Shown here piece by piece: positions 56,977-64,000 of a stretch of 64,000 nt of DNA (position 1 is its first letter; each line of letters starts with the position of its first letter). This DNA comes from an uncultured Mycoplasmatota bacterium (GTDB lineage Bacteria > Bacillota_I > Bacilli_A > RF39 > UBA660). A program made the position numbers and the translations under genes. The notes below the pieces were generated by a model, which was not told the DNA's origin, did no database searches, and was given only the letters and a program-made list of their open reading frames with translations. The stretch covers positions 4,727 through 68,726 of the forward strand of contig CANTCQ010000005.1 in the NCBI GenBank assembly GCA_947652325.1, read 5' to 3'.

Positions 56977-57337
56977 CTCTCCTTAGTTTATTTTTTAAAT
57001 GTCTTCCATAAATTTCGTATAACGAATAAATAAGGGCAAAAAGTAAGATAAACCCAAGACCCAATTGCAATATAATCATGATATCTAAACTGGTTACAAA
57101 TGTTCCTACACTTGCTATAATGAAACTATCTAATAATGCAATTATGCGTATTTCCTTTTTATAATTGATTTTTTTCCTATCCAATTTAAACTTTTTAATC
57201 ACATAGTTCATTTCTCCAATGGTATCGTATTTTTTATTATTTACTTTGCATAAATTTACAATATAAATTACAAGAAATACCAGAAAAAATACCACCAGAA
57301 AAAAGTATAAAATAAATGTGGGACTATTCAAATCCAT
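56960..57337 (-). CDS. small membrane protein co-transcribed with leuS
   Basis: 125 aa with three hydrophobic helices. AAAGGATGAATAAAAAATG context; it overlaps the leuS start by 17 nt and lies downstream of the T-box terminator. Confidence 0.55.
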   Translation of the reverse strand: MDLNSPTFILYFFLVVFFLVFLVIYIVNLCKVNNKKYDTIGEMNYVIKKFKLDRKKINYKKEIRIIALLDSFIIASVGTFVTSLDIMIILQLGLGFILLFALIYSLYEIYGRHLKNKLRRDENEF

Positions 57338-57356
57338 TTTTTATTCATCCTTTCTA

Positions 57357-57557
57357 AAATAAAAACGACATCTCTTCCTAAGGACGAAAATGTCGTGGTA
57401 CCACCTTAATTCCTAGTAAAATACTAGCTTCTATCTTTTATAGGAGATTAACCTTTTTTCGCTCCAAAAGCAAGTTCATAAATTTCATCTGTTCATTTCC
57501 AACAACCATGAACTCTCTATAAAATGATAATTCACTACTACTCTTTTTTCATTGCGC
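57357..57557 (-). promoter_or_regulatory. T-box riboswitch leader, probable Leu (CUU) specifier
   Basis: On the minus strand: GCGCAATGAAAAAAG stem I base, AGAGAG bulge, GAA-CUU-G directly before the CTTTTGGAGCG closing strand (codon at 57472-57474), AATTAAGGTGGTACCACG (57394-57411), then terminator ACGACAT..ATGTCGT plus TTTTT. Confidence 0.8.
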
Positions 57558-58074
57558 TTTCCTGTATTATAGTAAATTTTTATTTCTTTTTCAATCGTTT
57601 TTTAAAATAAGATTTCATTTAGTCTAAAAAATCTTAAACTTGTATCAATCAAATCTGTTATTTTTCAATCAACTATTTTATTATTCTTTTAATATCCAAG
57701 TCCCCAATATTTATCTTTGTAATTTCATTGTAACCAAATTCACAATCCATTTCTAATGTTGATAAATAATTAGGATAATTTCTATTTATTTTTCGAAGTG
57801 AAGTGCTGCTAATTCTCCAAACATATAAGCATTTAAACAAATTATGTATCAAAATTCTTTTTTATATAAGACTATTTATTGCTTTCTGAAATTCAGAAAT
57901 ATTTTTTCTTTTTGTATCTATTTTTTTATGATATCATTCCTTATAGTTTTTAAAACCATACTCTGCATCTTCTAAATTTACTTGTATGATTTGTTTTTCC
58001 TTTACACCATTTTCTTTTTTCATTATATATTAATTGTGTAACAATTCAATATTGTGAAGTAAAAATTATATTTT

Positions 58075-58965
58075 TTAATGTTTCCTTCTTTCATTTTCTT
58101 CATGATAAATACTATTAATCTCTTGAATATCAATATTTGCTGATAATTGTTCTAAAAATGCTGCATCTGTTAATTGTTTTTCAGTATTTGAAATTATTTT
58201 TGCTTTTGTGGGTAAATTTTGAGTATTATATGTATCTAAACCGGCATATACCTCTGTGTAAGAAGCTATTTTATTCAAACTAAAAAGAGCATCTTCTCTC
58301 TTTTTAACTTGTAAAAGATAATAAGAGCACCATCCTGCCTCTACTTTTTTAAAAGAGGTAATTTCTGCAACTTTATTATAAAAATTATTCTTAGTTAACA
58401 TTGCATATCCATATTCTCCCTCATTTTTTTTGTAACATAATCGAAAACCTTCTCCTAATAAATGTATTTTAGTATTTCCTTTTGTAGTATTTAAAAATGA
58501 ATTATTTTTAGCAATTTTTATAATATCTATATATTTTTTTAAATCGATAGGTAATTCTTCATAATAATCCCTATTGGGATTAAAATCAAGAATTATTTCA
58601 TTTATTTCTTGGAATAAAGAAGTTGGTGTTTGAAAAGTGTAGGTACTTTTTTCTTGAACAATAAAAGTATTAGGGCTATTAGGATTTTGCATATAATCAA
58701 AACTGTACCCTTTATCTTTTAGCTTCGATAATATGGCAAGCAAATAAGGGATATTTTCTTCTGTATATAAAAAAGAAATAAAAGGTAAATCTTTTCCAGT
58801 ATGTCCTCCATCTGCACAACAACCACGTGTTTGAATTTTTTTATAAAAACAACTTAGCAGTAAGTTTTCTAAGTCCTTATTTCCTTCTGCAAAATCTTTT
58901 GCAGCTTGTTCATAATCTTTTATATTATCAAAAGCAACTGGCTTTCCGTGGTTATAACTTGACAT
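58075..58965 (-). CDS. hypothetical protein
   Basis: 296-aa ORF with an AAGGAGAGA RBS; no assignable motif. Confidence 0.5.
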   Translation of the reverse strand: MSSYNHGKPVAFDNIKDYEQAAKDFAEGNKDLENLLLSCFYKKIQTRGCCADGGHTGKDLPFISFLYTEENIPYLLAILSKLKDKGYSFDYMQNPNSPNTFIVQEKSTYTFQTPTSLFQEINEIILDFNPNRDYYEELPIDLKKYIDIIKIAKNNSFLNTTKGNTKIHLLGEGFRLCYKKNEGEYGYAMLTKNNFYNKVAEITSFKKVEAGWCSYYLLQVKKREDALFSLNKIASYTEVYAGLDTYNTQNLPTKAKIISNTEKQLTDAAFLEQLSANIDIQEINSIYHEENERRKH

Positions 58966-59260
58966 ATTTAATCTCTCCTTAGTTTAAGGATAGCATAAAA
59001 ACTCTCTCTTTTATATTTTATTATTTCACTATTAGTCATCCTCTATACATTTATACAAAAACTATTTTTATTAATAAATCGTTTTATAAAATAATATTTT
59101 CATCTAATTTTGACAAATTTCTGTACAATCTTCCAAAATACTTATAATTCAGTCTTTGTTGCCAATTAATAATCCTACTTCGTTTTTTAAGTATCTACTT
59201 CTTTCATTTTCACACTTTTTCTATATTTTATTATACCTAAAATATAATTATTTTAGATAG

Positions 59261-59283
59261 AAAAAGAGCTTTTTTAAAGCTCT
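59261..59283 (-). terminator. rho-independent terminator of the GH31 gene
   Basis: On the minus strand: AGAGCTTT-AAA-AAAGCTCT followed by TTTTC. The left arm includes the TAG stop. Confidence 0.6.
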
Positions 59284-61684
59284 AAATTTCTTTAATATAT
59301 TCAAGTAGTTTTAAAAACATACGAATAAATAGATTATCTAACCCCTCTTTTTTTAATTTACGTATTTGAAGCCTTTTTTTGCGAATATCTGATTCACTAA
59401 AGAAAATAGTAGCGATTTTTTCTTTTAACCGCGTTTCTATTTTTAAATCACTAATAATCGAATCGACTTCTTCATTAATAATACGTACTGCATCTATTTC
59501 AATATCTCTTCCTTTACAATTTATTGTTAATTGATTAGTCGTTGACACATCTTTAACTTCTACTATAAAATCGTTTTCATCTACATAATTATTGGTAAGT
59601 ATTACATCTTTGCCAATGTAAGCAATGACTTCATCTGCTTCTCTTGTATTTCGAAAACGAATTTTATAATCTCTTTTTGGAGGAATTATTCCTGTTTTTC
59701 CTTCGACTGGGCGGATAATTAAGGTATAATTGTTTTGTAAATAATTATAATCAATATGAGTCATGATATAAAAACCTTGTTCAAACAAAGAAGAATAACC
59801 ATCATCCTCGTATAATTGAAAAGTGTTATTTTTTCCAGGAAACACATGAACTTCTAATTTTTTGGGTGGATTTGTTACATTTCTATTTTCTTCTAATATA
59901 GCAAGCGGAATGATAGACCCCGCTTTTGCAAATACTGGATAGTCTTCATCTTTATAGAAAGTAACATATCTCTTGTTTCCTGGAAACTTTTTACCTGTTG
60001 TGAACTCATACCACATACCAGAGGGCAAAAATATTTTTTCTACTGCTCTATTCATAACTGCATCTTTTTTATTGGTAATCGGTGCCACAAATAATTCACC
60101 GCCAAAATAGTATTCATTTTTATAATTGGGTTCATCATAAGTTTCTGGATGCATATAGTAAAGAGGTTGTATTAAAGGAAGTCCTGTTTTGTGATATTTG
60201 TATGCTTCTGCATATAAATAAGGAATTAAACGGTGCCGTAAATTACAATAATCGCGAACAATATTCAATGTTTTTACATCCCAACGCCATGGTTCTCTTT
60301 TATAAAAATGGCCATGTTTGGCACTAAATCGAAAAATAGGGCTAAACGTTGCAAGTTCTACATGCCGAAGATAAAGTTCACTATCTTCTATTCCCTCTTT
60401 GTATCCTCCTACATCATGACTCCACCAAGAAACTCCAATATTACTTGCTGTTGAATTAAAATAAGGTAAAAATTTCAAAGTATCCCAACTAACTTTTGTT
60501 TGTCCTGAATAGTGAACTGGAACTCGATGCGGAGCAACAAGTCCATTTCTAGATAAAAGCATTCCTCTTCTTGTAGTATACTTTTTATAGTCATTAAAAT
60601 GATAATAATTTAATGCTCTTAAAGTATTTAAATCCCCTTTATTGTAATAATCAACAAAATAAAAATCAACTCCTAATTCATTTAGAGGATTAATTAAATG
60701 ATGAAAATATTCCATTAACAAATTTGTATCAAAAACATTAAAAGGAATATTATTTTCCTCTTCTATTTTTAAATTTTCTTTTATTAAAGAATAATTTGCT
60801 TCTTCTTTACTGATTCCTTCACTGGGGTCAATAGCAAGCCCTACACGAACTCCACGTTCATGCATATAAGAAATAAAACTTTTAGGGTCTGGAAATAAAC
60901 TATGATTAAAAGTATAACCAGTTTTGGGTAAATCAGTTTTCACATGCCACTCATTTCCAAGTAATAAAATAGAGTATGGAATTTTATTTTTGGCAAACTG
61001 CATAAGTAATTTTTTTAAATCTTCAAAACTATAAATATCTTCTTTGTTCCACCATATTCCCAAAGCATATCTTGGAATTAATGTAGGTTTTCCAGTCAAT
61101 GTAAAATAATCTCTTAAACAAAGTCCAAAATCTCTTCTGTAAATAAAAAGATAAGTATCGACTCTATCTATTGTGGGTTCAACAAGTGCTCCTTTTTCAT
61201 TTATTAAAAGCGATTTTGAATCATCAATTGATACAAAACCATCAGTAGAAAAAAGGCCTTTTTCTAATTTTGTTTTGATTCCATTTTCATCTAGGCTTGT
61301 ATTGGTTCCTTTAAAATTTCTTGCCTCTGGATGATTAAAATACCAAATTTTATCAGTGTTTTGTAAAATTACTTTTAAATTTGCATCAGGCGCTACTCTA
61401 CTAGAGACAAAAGAGCGTTCCTTAGCATAAGTTAATTTAAAATATTTTGAAGATATTTCTAAATACTTGTTATCTTCTTTTACTTTGTATTCTGGTACAG
61501 GAAAATCTCTATTAATAACTCGCTCTGTTAAACCATCATAAAATAAGCCTTCTTCGCTGTATTCAAAACGAATCAAACGTTCTGTTAATACTGTTATACG
61601 GTATTTTTTTCCTTTAAAAACTGCGTTTTCTTTTGCTTTGTTGTGTGTATAATCTATTTTAAAATGTTCGTCCATACTAGCCAT
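59282..61684 (-). CDS. glycoside hydrolase family 31 (alpha-glucosidase/alpha-xylosidase-like)
   Basis: 800 aa. YALGIWWNKE, VDFYFVDY and SWWSHDVGGY (cf. the GH31 WxGDN/DxGG region), with the overall N-domain/TIM/C-domain length typical of GH31. Confidence 0.75.
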   Translation of the reverse strand: MASMDEHFKIDYTHNKAKENAVFKGKKYRITVLTERLIRFEYSEEGLFYDGLTERVINRDFPVPEYKVKEDNKYLEISSKYFKLTYAKERSFVSSRVAPDANLKVILQNTDKIWYFNHPEARNFKGTNTSLDENGIKTKLEKGLFSTDGFVSIDDSKSLLINEKGALVEPTIDRVDTYLFIYRRDFGLCLRDYFTLTGKPTLIPRYALGIWWNKEDIYSFEDLKKLLMQFAKNKIPYSILLLGNEWHVKTDLPKTGYTFNHSLFPDPKSFISYMHERGVRVGLAIDPSEGISKEEANYSLIKENLKIEEENNIPFNVFDTNLLMEYFHHLINPLNELGVDFYFVDYYNKGDLNTLRALNYYHFNDYKKYTTRRGMLLSRNGLVAPHRVPVHYSGQTKVSWDTLKFLPYFNSTASNIGVSWWSHDVGGYKEGIEDSELYLRHVELATFSPIFRFSAKHGHFYKREPWRWDVKTLNIVRDYCNLRHRLIPYLYAEAYKYHKTGLPLIQPLYYMHPETYDEPNYKNEYYFGGELFVAPITNKKDAVMNRAVEKIFLPSGMWYEFTTGKKFPGNKRYVTFYKDEDYPVFAKAGSIIPLAILEENRNVTNPPKKLEVHVFPGKNNTFQLYEDDGYSSLFEQGFYIMTHIDYNYLQNNYTLIIRPVEGKTGIIPPKRDYKIRFRNTREADEVIAYIGKDVILTNNYVDENDFIVEVKDVSTTNQLTINCKGRDIEIDAVRIINEEVDSIISDLKIETRLKEKIATIFFSESDIRKKRLQIRKLKKEGLDNLFIRMFLKLLEYIKEI

Positions 61685-61755
61685 TTTTACACCTTCTATT
61701 CTAGAATGTATTGTAACATAAAGAAATTAAGGATGCAAATGGTCGGAGGGAAAAA

Positions 61756-63276
61756 TTATCTTCTTTTTTTTGTATCAACAAAATTTTCTATATATTCTTT
61801 TACCTCTTGTTCGAGTTTATTTCCATTTGTCAATTCTATCATCTGTTTAAACCAATCTCTTAAATCATTTCTGTGGTCATGACAAATCTTTTTTATTTCT
61901 GCGCTATTTTTTTCTTTTATTAGCAAATGCAAACGGTGTATTTTAGACATTTCTACAAAATTATCAAAACGCATTTTATATGTAGCATTTTCAAGAGCTG
62001 GTAAACCTGTTTTGCTATTTTGATAAAATTTTTCAAAAATAACATTTCCATTACCATAAATATAACCAATATATCCTTCAAATAAATTTTTTCCCACAAT
62101 TCGAAATAAAAAATTAGTTTGGTCCAAAAATAATTTACATCTTCTAATATTTTGATATTGTTTTTCTTTGTTTCTATTTCTAATATTAAGTATTTTTTTA
62201 GTATTTTCTTTTTCAATGCTTAATTTTTTTCCTGGCGGTAAAAATTCCCAATTGGATTGTAAATAGTTTAGTCTGTCTGAAAATTTATTTCTTAATTCTT
62301 CAATATATTTATGTTTTTTCATTTGGTCTAAATCTATATTTTCTTGGGATAAATCTTTTAAAATAAAATTGGGGGCTAAAAAGCTAATCTCTTGATATTT
62401 TTTTAAAAAATCTTCTGTTGTATATGAAATTCTATTACTTTCTACTGACATAATTTCTGTTTTATAAATAAAGGATGCATTTTTTCTTTTTATTTCTTCT
62501 ATTTTAAAAGCTAAATAGCTACAATAAATAAAACTATTATGTACTTCTTTTTGCGTTTGTAAACTTTTTATAGAGATAATATTTAATATATATCCAAAAA
62601 TTAAATAAAATTTATCTAAATCAAAGCATTCTTCTAATTCTTGTAAATCTATAGGAGTTTCTAAGTATAATACAAATGCCTCTAAGTTTAGTATTATATT
62701 TTTTATAAATTGTTCCCAATTATCTACAAGATATTCTAACGTTAAATAGGGATTCTTTTTTTCTTTTCGAAACCATTCTAAATCAGACATTAATTTATCA
62801 TATACTTGACTATTTTTTTTTAATAATAATGCTTCTTTATAAGATTTTCTTATTTCTTTTAATTTTATTTTGGTAAATTTTATTTTTTCCTCTCTTTTCT
62901 CTAAAGATGCTAAAATAGTTTCTATTTCTTTTATTTCATAAGATTCAGAATAAAAAAAATGTAACGTTAAAAATAAAAAATAATTTATATCCCATATAAG
63001 TTTTCTTCCTCCACCTAATGTATCTGATACATCTATTGTTTTAAATGTTGGAGGATATTCTTTTATATACGTTGTAAATCCTTTATGAAAATAATCTCCT
63101 ATTTTGCTGTAATATCTTTTAAGTAAAAATTGCTTGAATAAATTGGTATTGTTTTTAACTTTTGCCGCTGGCATTAAAAGCTGACTATCAATACTAAAAC
63201 TTCCTTCATATGTAATCGTTGGATTAATTATTTCTTCCATAGATAAAAAATCATTGAAAATTTTTATTTTTTCCAT
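61756..63276 (-). CDS. hypothetical protein
   Basis: The ATG at 63276 follows a GGGAGAGGGG RBS. 506 aa, helical and Lys-rich; no motif assigned. Confidence 0.5.
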   Translation of the reverse strand: MEKIKIFNDFLSMEEIINPTITYEGSFSIDSQLLMPAAKVKNNTNLFKQFLLKRYYSKIGDYFHKGFTTYIKEYPPTFKTIDVSDTLGGGRKLIWDINYFLFLTLHFFYSESYEIKEIETILASLEKREEKIKFTKIKLKEIRKSYKEALLLKKNSQVYDKLMSDLEWFRKEKKNPYLTLEYLVDNWEQFIKNIILNLEAFVLYLETPIDLQELEECFDLDKFYLIFGYILNIISIKSLQTQKEVHNSFIYCSYLAFKIEEIKRKNASFIYKTEIMSVESNRISYTTEDFLKKYQEISFLAPNFILKDLSQENIDLDQMKKHKYIEELRNKFSDRLNYLQSNWEFLPPGKKLSIEKENTKKILNIRNRNKEKQYQNIRRCKLFLDQTNFLFRIVGKNLFEGYIGYIYGNGNVIFEKFYQNSKTGLPALENATYKMRFDNFVEMSKIHRLHLLIKEKNSAEIKKICHDHRNDLRDWFKQMIELTNGNKLEQEVKEYIENFVDTKKRR

Positions 63277-63380
63277 AACCCCTCTCCCTAATAGTTTTTT
63301 TATTATAATCCTCTTTTTTTTCTCTGTCAAATTATTATGATTTTGCTATTTATGTTATAATATTTTTGAGGTAAAATTAG

Positions 63381-64000
63381 ATGAAAAAAAGAATCATAAT
63401 TTTAGGAATTTTATTTTTTCTTTTTGATATTGTTCTTTTTCTTTATGAAAAAATCATTTTTATAAATAATGTTCCTATTCTCGCTTACCATGATGTTTTA
63501 GAAAATCCTATAAAAGAAACCGATATAAGTATTACAAATTTTGAAGCACAAATGGCTTATTTAGCAAAACACCATTATAAAACTTTATCTCTCGATGAAT
63601 TCTATGATTGGAAAAACGGAAAAGAATTAAAAGGAAAAAAAATAGTTTTAACTTTTGATGATGGCAAGGAAAGCTTTTATACTACCATCTTGCCTATATT
63701 AGAAAAATACCAATTAAAAGCGATTGTTTTTGTTATACAATCTGCTATTAATGAACCAGGGTATTTAACTGAAGAAATGCTTTCAAATTTAAAAAAGAAA
63801 AATTTTATAGAAGTAGAATCGCATTCTTTCAATTTACATGGAGAAGATACTGCAAAAGCAAATGATTATACCATTTATAATTTTGATATGCAAAAAAATA
63901 GAGAAAACAATTATAGCTATTATGCTTATCCGTTTGGTATTACAAATGAAAGCTATATTTCTGCTTTGCAAGATAATAATTATAAACTTGGTTTTTTATT
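63381..64000 (+). CDS. polysaccharide deacetylase (NodB domain), 3' end outside window
   Basis: ATG at 63381, N-terminal TM, VPILAYHDV and the NodB motif IVLTFDDGKESFY. The frame is open to the window end. Confidence 0.75.
   Translation, partial: MKKRIIILGILFFLFDIVLFLYEKIIFINNVPILAYHDVLENPIKETDISITNFEAQMAYLAKHHYKTLSLDEFYDWKNGKELKGKKIVLTFDDGKESFYTTILPILEKYQLKAIVFVIQSAINEPGYLTEEMLSNLKKKNFIEVESHSFNLHGEDTAKANDYTIYNFDMQKNRENNYSYYAYPFGITNESYISALQDNNYKLGFL

Noticed and set aside
57470-57500. Alternative specifier readings (UUU or UUA) in the leuS T-box, from the GAAATTTATGAA segment.
   Set aside because: In the Tyr leader, the codon plus purine directly precedes the T-run that pairs with the 5' A-run of stem I. 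By analogy, GAA-CUU-G immediately before CTTTTGGAGCG is the best fit and matches the downstream leuS. This is a by-eye fold only.

Overview
This is a very AT-rich chromosomal segment from a spore-forming, low-GC Gram-positive bacterium (Bacillota) that uses the standard bacterial genetic code. All functional calls rest on motif and architecture recognition by eye; no database searches were run. Housekeeping and sporulation genes frame the window: dacB-spmA-spmB, trpS, uppP, rmuC, a CotY/CotZ-type coat protein, an FtsW/RodA-family protein, T-box-controlled tyrS and leuS, a YtxH/DUF948 pair, a hybrid histidine kinase, trmB, a SpoVB/MurJ-type flippase, cse60, a GH31 glycosidase and a polysaccharide deacetylase. 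The stand-out is the centre, about 10986-36013: 24 genes, all on the minus strand. It joins a Gram-positive-type type IV secretion set to a complete Tad-like type IV filament module. The secretion set has a VirD4-like coupling protein, a two-ORF VirB4 ATPase, a PrgI/TcpE-like protein, a TrbL/VirB6-like protein and a three-domain wall hydrolase. The filament module has CpaB-, CpaE/TadZ-, CpaF-, TadB- and TadC-like proteins, two small Cys-rich pilins and three larger pilin-like proteins. The locus also encodes three paralogues sharing a VirB2/TrbC-like two-helix C-terminal module and several large Cys-rich exoproteins. No relaxase, integrase, replication or phage structural gene is visible anywhere in the window. 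Other points of interest are a thrS 3' remnant, homopolymer-frameshifted CYTH and kinase-like genes, small ORFs inserted between T-box leaders and their aaRS genes, and an uncharacterised trio of one putative transglutaminase-like and two kinase-like genes.
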